Source: a bacterium (lineage in GTDB: Bacteria > Elusimicrobiota > Elusimicrobia > UBA1565 > UBA9628). Taken from it: a stretch of 64,000 bases of DNA. Below, piece after piece: positions 8,650 through 17,017 of the stretch. Both the position numbers and the translations under genes were made by a program. The notes below the pieces were generated by a model. The model was given only the letters and a program-made list of their open reading frames with translations. It did no database searches and was not told the origin of the DNA. The first letter of the stretch is position 1, and each line of letters begins with the position of its first letter. The stretch covers positions 42,548 through 106,547 of the forward strand of contig JAKAQO010000005.1 of the NCBI GenBank assembly GCA_021822495.1, read 5' to 3'.

Positions 8650-9828
8650 TTACAGATCAATCAGCAGGGAAGGCTGAGAGAGAATCTTCTCAACTGAAAG
8701 AACCGCAACTCCATTTCCAAGAGAATAATCTTCTTTCCCGGGGTAAAGAACATACCCCTGATCCAACTTTAAGTCCCGCATACAGGCAAAAATTCCCGGG
8801 ACATCTTCCCTGCGCGGATTTCCGTTCAATTTAATCTCAAAAGGAAGAAGGCGACTCCCATGGGCAAGAAGGAGATCAACCTCATAACTGGCCGTTCTTA
8901 AAAAATAGGCTTGTCTTGAGGGAGCGTTGAGTTGAAAGAAAGATAAAATTTCCTCGATGACGAAGGATTCCCAGCTGGATCCCCGGGCGGGGTGCGAAAA
9001 AAGAGATTCCGAACCCGCGATTCCCAGGAAATAATGCAGAAGACCGGTGTCTCGAAAATAGATTTTTGGGCTTTTGACCAAACGCTTTCCAATATTGGCG
9101 AAATAAGGCCTAAGAACGCGAATCATGAAGGCTTGCTCTAAAATTCCAACGTAGCGGTTGACGGTGTGGTAGCTGACGCCGAGACTTGAAGCCAGTTGAG
9201 ACGCGTTCCAAATCCCGCCGTTGACATGGGCCAGCATGGTCCATAACCGCCGCATATCCAAGGAAGAAACTTCGACTTTGAGAGCGGACAAGTCCCTCTC
9301 AATCCATGTGCGCGTATAAGCCTCGAACCAATCCATCCGAGCGGAAGACGACCGGCTTAAGAAAACGTCAGGAAAGCCGCCGCGAAACCAGAGATTTTCT
9401 AATGTAAAATCGCGCCTTTGCCCGCGCACCTCATCCCAGCGAAATGGAGTCAGATCAAGAAAGCCAACGCGGCCGGCCAAACTCTCGGAAATTCCGCGAA
9501 CCAAGGCCGGAGAAGCCGAGCCCAGTAAAATTAGGCGTCCGTTTTGGCGATGGCCTGAATCCAAGAAGCTTCTCAAAACGGGAAAAAGGTTGGGCTGACG
9601 CTGAGCCTCGTCCAGGATAAAACGGGAGCCAAGACGGTTTAAGGCGTCTTCCGGATCGGCAATGAAGCGAGCGGCGTCGGAGGGTTTTTCCAAATCAAAA
9701 TAAGACCAGCGCGGAAAGGCAGAACGGATAAAGGTCGTTTTTCCGCATTGACGCGGACCAAGAAGACATACGGCGGGAAATTCCCGCAGGAGTTTTTTAA
9801 GGCGCCCCTCGAAATGACGCTCAATCAT
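8650..9828 (-). CDS. AAA+ ATPase of the AAA_14 + DUF4143 family; divergent paralog, convergent with the 7444 gene
   Basis: Walker A is GPRQCGKTT and Walker B-like is ILDEAQRQP. Confidence 0.65.
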   Translation of the reverse strand: MIERHFEGRLKKLLREFPAVCLLGPRQCGKTTFIRSAFPRWSYFDLEKPSDAARFIADPEDALNRLGSRFILDEAQRQPNLFPVLRSFLDSGHRQNGRLILLGSASPALVRGISESLAGRVGFLDLTPFRWDEVRGQRRDFTLENLWFRGGFPDVFLSRSSSARMDWFEAYTRTWIERDLSALKVEVSSLDMRRLWTMLAHVNGGIWNASQLASSLGVSYHTVNRYVGILEQAFMIRVLRPYFANIGKRLVKSPKIYFRDTGLLHYFLGIAGSESLFSHPARGSSWESFVIEEILSFFQLNAPSRQAYFLRTASYEVDLLLAHGSRLLPFEIKLNGNPRREDVPGIFACMRDLKLDQGYVLYPGKEDYSLGNGVAVLSVEKILSQPSLLIDL

Positions 9829-9832
9829 ATCT

Positions 9833-9861
9833 GCATTATAGAATTTACACTTCTATAATGC
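9833..9861. promoter_or_regulatory. Perfect 11-bp inverted repeat GCATTATAGAA-N7-TTCTATAATGC immediately upstream of the minus-strand ATPase start
   Basis: The palindrome contains TATAAT on both strands, making it a candidate operator overlapping the -10 element. Confidence 0.4.
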
Positions 9862-10056
9862 AAAACGGAAGGGGGGGGGCCGCTTCTCTTACGGAATCTG
9901 GAAGCGGCACTTCCTCGCCTAGGCTCGGTCGGATTCTCGCTCATCCGTCGCTTCGCTCCTCCCTTGCGACCCGCCAGTCGCGCTGTCGCGAAATTTCATT
10001 TCGCTTTTCGTCCCCCGGACGCGCGCGACTTGGCTTCGAATCCCTTCCCATAAAAA

Positions 10057-10143
10057 CGGAAGGGGGGGGATTCGAACCCCCGATACCCTTGCAGGTATGG
10101 CAGTTTTCGAGACTGCTCGTTTCAACCGCTCACGCACCCTTCC
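10057..10143 (-). tRNA. tRNA-Ser (anticodon CGA)
   Basis: The reverse complement reads GGAAGGG TG CGTG AGCGGTTGAAA CGAG-CAGT CTCGAAA ACTGC-long variable arm-CGGGGG TTCGAAT CCCCC-CCTTCC. The anticodon loop is CTCGAAA and the long variable arm is typical of Ser tRNAs. Confidence 0.8.
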
Positions 10144-10146
10144 TTA

Positions 10147-10172
10147 AAAAAAAGGGGACTGTCCCCTTTTAA
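10147..10172. terminator. REP (core GGGGACTGTCCCC, 10154-10166) between the vapC stop and the tRNA-Ser 5' end
   Basis: The A8/palindrome/T4 structure is present. Confidence 0.55.
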
Positions 10173-10177
10173 TAAAT

Positions 10178-10606
10178 TCAAGACGGAAAAGCGAATCCTT
10201 TCGTTTCAAAGCCCATCGCCTGAGCCGCAAGGCCCATTCGAACGTCATGAGTTAAAATCGTGAGCTTATCTTTAATTTTCTGCTCGCAAAGAAGAGCGCT
10301 GGCCAAATGAATGGCGTCCAAAGAGCCGACGATGGTCGGAAAAGCCCGAGACGCCGCCTTGAGGACCGCTTCATTCAGAGAAATCGTCGAAGTTGAATCA
10401 AGAACCATCCCCAATAAGCGCGTTTTTTCCGAGACTTCCTCATCTTTTAGTTTTCCTTCCAGCCTCAGCCGGTCCAAGGTTCTTAAAGACTCAAGGCGAG
10501 TGATAGCGCTGGTGTAGCCTTCCTCCCAGCGTCCCCATTCTTTAATCGCCTCCGGTTGCCCCAGAAGTTTTCTTAGGATGACTGATGAATCTAAATAGGC
10601 CTTCAC
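10178..10606 (-). CDS. vapC: PIN-domain ribonuclease toxin VapC
   Basis: MKAYLDSSVIL..DAIHLASAL..ILTHD gives the PIN acidic residues. The start overlaps the upstream antitoxin stop by 4 bp. Confidence 0.65.
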   Translation of the reverse strand: MKAYLDSSVILRKLLGQPEAIKEWGRWEEGYTSAITRLESLRTLDRLRLEGKLKDEEVSEKTRLLGMVLDSTSTISLNEAVLKAASRAFPTIVGSLDAIHLASALLCEQKIKDKLTILTHDVRMGLAAQAMGFETKGFAFPS

Positions 10607-10863
10607 CTGCGACCCCGCTCCTCCCTCAAAAGATTGGTTACGTCAATTCTTTGCTTAACGGGCTTAATTTTAAGATTTCTAATCCGGGCGGGAGTTTTGA
10701 CAGCCGGAATTAAAACCGCCTCAAAGCCATTTCCGCCTCTAAAGGGTTCCACTTTGGCGACGGAAGTTTTTCTGTCCATGACGATCAATTCGTCCCCTTC
10801 TTTAACCCGGCTCAAATAAAAGCTAAGCCGGGCTTTTAAATCGGCAATATTAACCCAAATCAT
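10603..10863 (-). CDS. Antitoxin partner of VapC, Phd/YefM-like
   Basis: A short ORF, MIWVNIADLKARLSFYLSRVKEGDELIVMDRKTSVAKVEP, resembles the Phd/YefM N-terminus. I prefer the internal Met at 10863 over the ORF tracker's start at 10953. Confidence 0.45.
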   Translation of the reverse strand: MIWVNIADLKARLSFYLSRVKEGDELIVMDRKTSVAKVEPFRGGNGFEAVLIPAVKTPARIRNLKIKPVKQRIDVTNLLREERGRR

Positions 10864-10929
10864 GACTATAGGATAGTCATAAATAGACATATTGTCAATG
10901 GGGAGGTCCAAATTTAGTAAAATGAAAAA

Positions 10930-11703
10930 ATGTTCCGAATCGGCATCATCCAAAATAGTCCCCGCTTTCTCAAGGTCAAGGAAAACATCCTTGACGCCTT
11001 TTCCTTAATGGAAAAAAGCCGGGCGGATTTATGGGTTTTGCCGGAATTTTTCGCGACGGGATATAATTTTAAAACGAGAAAAGAAGTCTCTTCCGTGGCC
11101 GAGCCCATTTCCGGCGGGATGACTTGCGGCCTCTTAAGTTCCTGGGCGAAAAAAAACAACTGCGCCGTGGCCGCGGGTCTGCCTGAAAAATCGGGCAGCC
11201 GAATTTATAATTCAGCGATCTTGATTACCCCGTCTTCTCTCCATGTTTACCGAAAAACACACCTTTTCGGAGACGAGAAAAAATTCTTTTCTCCCGGAAA
11301 CACCGGTTTTTGGGTTAAGCCTTTTAAGAATGTCAAAATTGGAGTCATGATCTGTTTTGACTGGTTTTTTCCGGAATCCGCCCGAACCTTGGCCTTAAAA
11401 GGCGCCCAAATCATCGCCCATCCCGCCAACCTTGTTTTGCCCTGGGCGCCGGACGGAATGAAAATTCGCAGTCTTGAAAACCGGGTTTTTGCGGCCACAG
11501 CCAACCGCGTTGGAAATGAAAGAGGTCTTCGCTATATCGGCTCATCCCAAGTAACCACCCCCAGGGGAGAAGTTGTGTTTCGCCTCGGCGCAAATAAAGC
11601 CGGGATGTCGGTGGCCACAATTGACGAAAAACTCGCTCTTCAAAAAAATATCAACAAGAAAAATAATCTCTTTAAAGACCGGAGGCCGAAGTTTTATGCC
11701 TGA
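10930..11703 (+). CDS. Carbon-nitrogen hydrolase (nitrilase superfamily)
   Basis: The E-K-C triad context is present: LPEFF, RKTHLF and MICFDWFFPE. Confidence 0.7.
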   Translation: MFRIGIIQNSPRFLKVKENILDAFSLMEKSRADLWVLPEFFATGYNFKTRKEVSSVAEPISGGMTCGLLSSWAKKNNCAVAAGLPEKSGSRIYNSAILITPSSLHVYRKTHLFGDEKKFFSPGNTGFWVKPFKNVKIGVMICFDWFFPESARTLALKGAQIIAHPANLVLPWAPDGMKIRSLENRVFAATANRVGNERGLRYIGSSQVTTPRGEVVFRLGANKAGMSVATIDEKLALQKNINKKNNLFKDRRPKFYA

Positions 11704-12169
11704 AATTAAACCCAAGCCCGTGCGCGCATCCCTAACTCAAATATCGGATTTGACCAGCCCCGTCAACGCCAACATCAACGGTTCTGTTTTTGGAGGCGTC
11801 ATTTTGGCGATCGTCGATAAAGCGGCGGCTGTCTGCGCGATGCGGCATGCGGAAAAGCCCTGCGTCACCGTCGCGATGGAGAGAGTTGAATTTCTGGTGC
11901 CCCTTTATATCGGCGACTACATTATCGCGGAAGCCCAGATTAATTTCGCCGGAAAAAGTTCGATGGAGGTCGGAGTCGAGGTTTACGCCGAAAATTTAAC
12001 CAGCGGGGTTCGAAGGCATACTAACTCTTGTCTCGTCACCATGGTCGCGGTCAGTTCAGATGGGCGCCCGGCCCTGATTCCACCCCTTTTAGTCGAAACC
12101 CCGGAAGAAAAAACGCGGTTTGAAGAGGCCAAAACGCGCTACCAGCTCCGGCGCGCGCAAAAAAATTAA
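11696..12169 (+). CDS. Acyl-CoA thioesterase (hotdog fold, YciA-like)
   Basis: GGAGG lies 10 nt upstream of the ATG at 11696. NGSVFGGVILAIVDKAAAVCA is typical of hotdog thioesterases. The gene overlaps the upstream stop by 8 bp. Confidence 0.6.
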   Translation: MPEIKPKPVRASLTQISDLTSPVNANINGSVFGGVILAIVDKAAAVCAMRHAEKPCVTVAMERVEFLVPLYIGDYIIAEAQINFAGKSSMEVGVEVYAENLTSGVRRHTNSCLVTMVAVSSDGRPALIPPLLVETPEEKTRFEEAKTRYQLRRAQKN

Positions 12170-12684
12170 TTTTTTAGAGTGAGGACTTGGGTCTTCAAGG
12201 TTTTTCCCGTCTCAAGATAGGTCTTTAGCTTCGCCAGGCAGTCTTCCCATCCCGCGCGCGCGCCTATTAAATATTTAGCGAGTCTTGGACGAGTTGAAAA
12301 ACCGGGGTGAACGAGAGTCACCTCGCAATATCGGCCCTTGGCCTCGATAAAAATCGTCGAGAGAGGGGGATGTTTCCACTTGGGCTTGACCTCCCAAATC
12401 CATGAGATTTTTTTTCCGGATTCGAGATCGATAAAAACGCCTCGGACCTCTCCTTGAGCGGTGTGAGGGGGGAAAGCCCGTCGAACCTCGCCGTCTTTCA
12501 TCTTAATCCTGGGCCAAACGAGCCTCATCTTGCCCATGTTTTTCGCGTTGGTTTCCGCGCCTTCCAGCCACCAGCGGCACAAGGCCCGCGCGGAAGTCAG
12601 CGCCTCATAAATTTTTTTAGGGGTCGCCTTGATTTTGACCGTCAAGCGAATATCTTGCGTTTTAGACAAATTTTTATTTTTCAT
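12166..12684 (-). CDS. SRPBCC/Aha1-domain protein
   Basis: LTSARALCRWW, together with the size and pattern, resembles the AHSA1/SRPBCC family. Confidence 0.45.
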   Translation of the reverse strand: MKNKNLSKTQDIRLTVKIKATPKKIYEALTSARALCRWWLEGAETNAKNMGKMRLVWPRIKMKDGEVRRAFPPHTAQGEVRGVFIDLESGKKISWIWEVKPKWKHPPLSTIFIEAKGRYCEVTLVHPGFSTRPRLAKYLIGARAGWEDCLAKLKTYLETGKTLKTQVLTLKN

Positions 12685-12727
12685 AAATTATGGAACCCAA
12701 ACCGGAACCCGCTCAGACGGAAAAAAA

Positions 12728-12800
12728 AGCCCACGGGGAGAATCGAACTCCCGACCTACCGCTTACAAGGCGGTTGCTCTGCCCCTGAGCTACGTGGGCG
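12728..12800 (-). tRNA. tRNA-Thr (anticodon TGT)
   Basis: The reverse complement reads GCCCACG TA GCTC AGGGGC AGAGC A ACCGC CTTGTAA GCGGT AGGTC GGGAG TTCGATT CTCCC CGTGGGC. Confidence 0.8.
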
Positions 12801-12813
12801 ATAGTCATTTATT

Positions 12814-14319
12814 TTACCGTATTTTCAGCGATATTTCTCGAATAAGAAGAGCTTTTGCGTCTGAATCAATGAGAAGATAAGAAATTCCTAAATAAATGAG
12901 TCCTCCAATAAGAGCAAAACTAAAAAGTCCCAACCAGGTTCCAATCATTGCGTGAAAAATAAAAGCAAAGAGGCCCAAAGCCAAAGCGGCGATCAAAGGG
13001 CGCATCACCGAACTTAAAGCAAACTCAAAAACCCCAAGTTCAAGCGTCCGGCGATGAATGTAAATGAGAAATGGAATGGCCGCCAATATTTCAGCAATCA
13101 ACATCCCAATCGCCGCGCCCGTCATTTGCCAGCGGGGAATGAGAAGAATCCATAAAGGTAAAACCAGGGAAAATTTAAAAATCCAGGCATAAGCGCCCCA
13201 ATGAGGATTTCCTCTTGCGGAAGCGATTTGATTGGGCATATAGATGGAAAGGTTCAGCAAATTAGCGATGACAAGTATGCGAAAAGGCCAAGTGCAAACC
13301 TCGCTAAAAGCCGGTCCCAGCCACAAACTCATAAACTGCGGAATCAGGACAAAAGAAAATATTGACAGCGGCAAAAGCGCGAAAAAAGCGAGTTCCGAGG
13401 TTCTTAAATAAATTCTCTTTAGGCGTTCTTCATCTCCTCGTCCAACCAGTTCGGATAGAATGGGAAAAGAAACAGCGGCCACCGAAGCGGAAACTGAATT
13501 GAATTTTTGGGCGAGGCTCGCGGAAAGAGAATAATACCCCAGCTGCGTCAAGGAAAGCCAAAACCCCACCGCCGCGCGATCCCCTTGAGAGACCAAGGTG
13601 ACAAAGATTAAAGGCGCGGCGCTTTTAGCGGCAAAGGAAACAAAAGCTTTTTTGTCTTGAGAAGAAACACCAAGAGAGGGATTAAGAAAAAGCGGATAAA
13701 CCATTTTGAGTCCCAAAGCGCTCAAACACAACTGCGAAAAGACAAAAAGGAGCGCGATCGCTTTAAGCCCTAAGCCGAAATAGAGCAGCATCGAAGCGCC
13801 GCCCGTCATCAAAAGAGCCTGAACAGCGGTCAAGGCGTTGGCAAGGGAAAAACGTTTCAGGCCCCACAAAATGTTGTTTGAAAATTGCGCCGTAAAATAA
13901 AAGGGAATGGATAAAGAAAGAAGCGCAAAGACCCCCGGCCCCTCTTGGGATAAAGAGCCGTGCAAAAAGTGATGCGCGAGAAAATACCGGCTATTCCAAA
14001 CAGCCAAGGCAACCACAAACCCCGCGCCCCAGACGTAAAGAATGGTCTTTCTCAACAAAAGGGCTAAATCGCCTCGGCGCTCCTGAATTTCCTGCCATTT
14101 GGAGACAAAGTGCTGCGCGGCATAAAAACTTCCCAGATTAGCTATAAGGGCATAGCTTAAAACGCTCCACAAAAGCGTGTAAAAGCCGTATCCATCGACG
14201 CCCAATTTTTTTACGATCCAGGGAGTGAGAAGAAAAGACAGGATAAAAACCGCGCCCTGCCCTAAGAGATTGCTGAGAACGCCTCTTAGTATTTTGCGGC
14301 CAAGGGAGGATGAACTCAT
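12814..14319 (-). CDS. Polysaccharide/O-antigen flippase (Wzx, MOP superfamily)
   Basis: About 12 TM helices, with the size and N-terminal pattern of oligosaccharide flippases. Confidence 0.6.
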   Translation of the reverse strand: MSSSSLGRKILRGVLSNLLGQGAVFILSFLLTPWIVKKLGVDGYGFYTLLWSVLSYALIANLGSFYAAQHFVSKWQEIQERRGDLALLLRKTILYVWGAGFVVALAVWNSRYFLAHHFLHGSLSQEGPGVFALLSLSIPFYFTAQFSNNILWGLKRFSLANALTAVQALLMTGGASMLLYFGLGLKAIALLFVFSQLCLSALGLKMVYPLFLNPSLGVSSQDKKAFVSFAAKSAAPLIFVTLVSQGDRAAVGFWLSLTQLGYYSLSASLAQKFNSVSASVAAVSFPILSELVGRGDEERLKRIYLRTSELAFFALLPLSIFSFVLIPQFMSLWLGPAFSEVCTWPFRILVIANLLNLSIYMPNQIASARGNPHWGAYAWIFKFSLVLPLWILLIPRWQMTGAAIGMLIAEILAAIPFLIYIHRRTLELGVFEFALSSVMRPLIAALALGLFAFIFHAMIGTWLGLFSFALIGGLIYLGISYLLIDSDAKALLIREISLKIR

Positions 14320-14483
14320 GGAACCGGTCGCTAATTCCCTATTAATTGAATACCGGTCAACCCGTAAGGATTGCTGGAAGAAGGAAAATCAAATTTTCCC
14401 CGGATTTGTTGCTCTGTCGCTGATTTTATTCTTACACTTTATTAATTCAAATTAAACAAGTCAATTTATCTTATTCAAAATTT

Positions 14484-15797
14484 ATGCGATTTTTTATTGA
14501 TTGCACGCAAACCTACTTTGATGGAGGAACGACTGGAATTCCTCATGTGACCCGCGCAATAGCAAACGCATGCGCTCAAGCTGGACAAGAAACAGGATTT
14601 GAATGTTATCCTGTTGCGCGCATCAGCGACCGCGTCTTCAAAATCACAGTCATTAAAGATAAGAACGACCTGATATCTCTCTTGCGCAAAAAAAGACTCG
14701 CACTGCGAAAAAAACTTAAAACATTAATGCCATCTTCAAAAGACCGCATAATGAAGAGTAAAAATGAATTTGTAGTCACCCCGGCGCCCAGCATCATTAA
14801 AACCCTGATAGCCGGATTAAAAAAATACCAACGCAATCTAAAAAAACACATTCTCACAATTTTTGGAATGAAAATTGAATTTCAAGCGGGAGATGTTTTT
14901 TTACTGCTTGAACCAAATTGCGATCAATCTCTCCTTGATGTTGTCGACAAGGCTAAATTAAACGGCGCCAAGGTCGGATTTGTGCTGTATGATTTAATCC
15001 CACTAAAACGTCCGGAATGGCTTGACGCATCTTTTGTAGCTGAATTTAAAGACTGTTTCCAAAAAATGCTTGAAATCGCCGACTTCTGCTTGGCCATATC
15101 CGAAAGTTCTCGAAAGGAACTAGAATCCTATCTCTCCGAAGAAACAAGACTGGTCTCTCAAAAATCCCTTAAAATAGGGGCTTTCAGTCTTGGGGTGATG
15201 CGAAACAAACAGAAATATTCCAAGATTCGTTCCAGCCTTAAAGATGTTTTCTCAACCGCATCGAAACCAAAGCCTTATCTTTGCGTATCAACTCTGGAGC
15301 CTCGCAAAAACCAATCGCTTCTGCTGGATGTTTTTGAGGAATTATGGAGTAGGGATATCCATGCCAGGCTTTGCCTTGTTGGAGGAGTATGGTGGAGAGC
15401 CGATGCTCTTTTAAATCGAATCCTCCATCACCCGCAATGGCAGAAAAATTTATTTATGTTTAATGATTTGTCGGATGATGAAATCGTTTTCTGCTACCAA
15501 AACGCCAAAGCCTTGATATCCGCGTCCCTGGCCGAGGGCTTCGGTCTTCCGGTGGTTGAAGGTCTTAGCTTAGGATTACCGGTATTTGCAAGCGACATTC
15601 CGTCTCATCGAGAAATCGGGCAAGATTATTGCGCCTTTTTTGATCCAAAGGCGAGAGAACCCCTTTTCAAACTACTTGAGAATTTCGAGTTATCGGGGCG
15701 CTTTCCAAGCACTCAACCCACTTCTGGTTTTAGCTGGCCTGATTGGCTCCAAAGCGCGAAAGAACTCATCGATCAAATGCGCATCTGCGCCTCATAG
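14484..15797 (+). CDS. Glycosyltransferase family 4
   Basis: The C-terminal motif EGFGLPVVEGLSLGLPVFASDIPSHREIG is the GT-B E-x7-E region. Confidence 0.65.
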   Translation: MRFFIDCTQTYFDGGTTGIPHVTRAIANACAQAGQETGFECYPVARISDRVFKITVIKDKNDLISLLRKKRLALRKKLKTLMPSSKDRIMKSKNEFVVTPAPSIIKTLIAGLKKYQRNLKKHILTIFGMKIEFQAGDVFLLLEPNCDQSLLDVVDKAKLNGAKVGFVLYDLIPLKRPEWLDASFVAEFKDCFQKMLEIADFCLAISESSRKELESYLSEETRLVSQKSLKIGAFSLGVMRNKQKYSKIRSSLKDVFSTASKPKPYLCVSTLEPRKNQSLLLDVFEELWSRDIHARLCLVGGVWWRADALLNRILHHPQWQKNLFMFNDLSDDEIVFCYQNAKALISASLAEGFGLPVVEGLSLGLPVFASDIPSHREIGQDYCAFFDPKAREPLFKLLENFELSGRFPSTQPTSGFSWPDWLQSAKELIDQMRICAS

Positions 15798-15907
15798 GCT
15801 CTATGACTCTAAACTTTAGCGCCTTCATGAGTTGGAAAATGCAAAACTTTTGATAATATCTAAACATAAATGTCGTCTACCGTAAAATATGCCGCGTCTG
15901 CGGCTCT

Positions 15908-17017
15908 TTGGCCTTAAGCAAGGTGTTAGACCTTGGCAATCAATGTCTCCAAGGCTCCTTTGTAAAGCCCGGCATCGAGCAACCGCCTACCCGAAAAATT
16001 GCGACGACTCTTGTGCGTTGCGATCCGACAAAAGACGAGAAGGCATGCGGCCTGTTGCAAATGTCTCTTACGCTTCCGCCGGAGATACTCTATTCCGCCT
16101 ATTGGTACCGCTCTGGAACTAATCAGACCATGCGCGATCACCTGCGAAACATCGCCAGCGAAGCCACGGCAATGGTCAATAAACCCCGAGCGCGGGTTCT
16201 CGACATTGGGGCTAACGACGGCACGCTGCTTCAGAGTTATCCACCAGATTTCGTCAAATACGGCATCGATCCATCCGACGCCGCGCAAAATATCAGCGGC
16301 GATATTGCCATCATCCATGATCTATTCCCATCGGAAGAATTGTTGAAGGAAATGAAGGGGGGGAAATTCGACATTGTCACGGCAATTGCCATGTTTTACG
16401 ATCTAGAGGACCCTGTGCGCTTTGTGCGCGAAATTAAGCGCGTACTCGCCCAAGACGGGCTTTGGGTCTTTGAGATGTCTTATATGCCCTCCATGTTGCG
16501 AATGAACTCCTATGACACAATTTGTCATGAACACCTTGAATATTACAGCCTCGCGGTCATTGAAAACACCCTCAGGCGCCTACGGCAGGAGGAGTTCGAT
16601 GCGGCGTTTGACACAGATAAGCCCTACCGAAACTTCCAGGACCGCATCAATACTCACAAGCGCGAGCTGGTAGCGCTCATTAAGAAGATAAAACGACAGG
16701 GCAAGAAGATTCACATCTACGGAGCTTCAACCAAAGGAAACACGATCCTTCAGTTTTGCGGCATCGATAAAACGCTCATCCCTTATGCAGCCGACCGAAA
16801 CCCCGATAAATACGGCGCTCGAACGTTGGGAATCGATATCTCCATCATTAGCGAAACAGAATCAAGGGCCATGCAACCGGATTACTACTTGGTATTGCCC
16901 TGGCATTTTAAAAGCGAATTCGTTCAAAGAGAGCGCGAATCGTTGGAACGGGGAATCAAGTTCATCTTCCCCTTCCCTAAAATAGAAATTGTCGGCGCGA
17001 AAAAAAACAACGCTTAG
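15908..17017 (+). CDS. SAM-dependent sugar C-methyltransferase (TylC3-like) with a zinc-finger domain; 5' start unresolved
   Basis: The C-terminal methyltransferase domain is present. The conserved N-terminal CxxC (KICRVCGS) is encoded in frame upstream of the tracker's TTG start at 15908, with no canonical start after the stop at 15851. Confidence 0.55.
   Translation: MALSKVLDLGNQCLQGSFVKPGIEQPPTRKIATTLVRCDPTKDEKACGLLQMSLTLPPEILYSAYWYRSGTNQTMRDHLRNIASEATAMVNKPRARVLDIGANDGTLLQSYPPDFVKYGIDPSDAAQNISGDIAIIHDLFPSEELLKEMKGGKFDIVTAIAMFYDLEDPVRFVREIKRVLAQDGLWVFEMSYMPSMLRMNSYDTICHEHLEYYSLAVIENTLRRLRQEEFDAAFDTDKPYRNFQDRINTHKRELVALIKKIKRQGKKIHIYGASTKGNTILQFCGIDKTLIPYAADRNPDKYGARTLGIDISIISETESRAMQPDYYLVLPWHFKSEFVQRERESLERGIKFIFPFPKIEIVGAKKNNA

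Noticed and set aside
10057-10143. An integrated prophage or ICE at tRNA-Ser.
   Set aside because: No integrase, excisionase or phage genes are present. The duplicated tRNA 3' end delimits only 175 bp. I report it as a possible scar, not an element.
9858-10172. ORF 9858-10172 (+) and 9919-10137 (-) taken as protein genes.
   Set aside because: The region is occupied by tRNA-Ser and a G-rich repeat, and neither ORF has coding signals.
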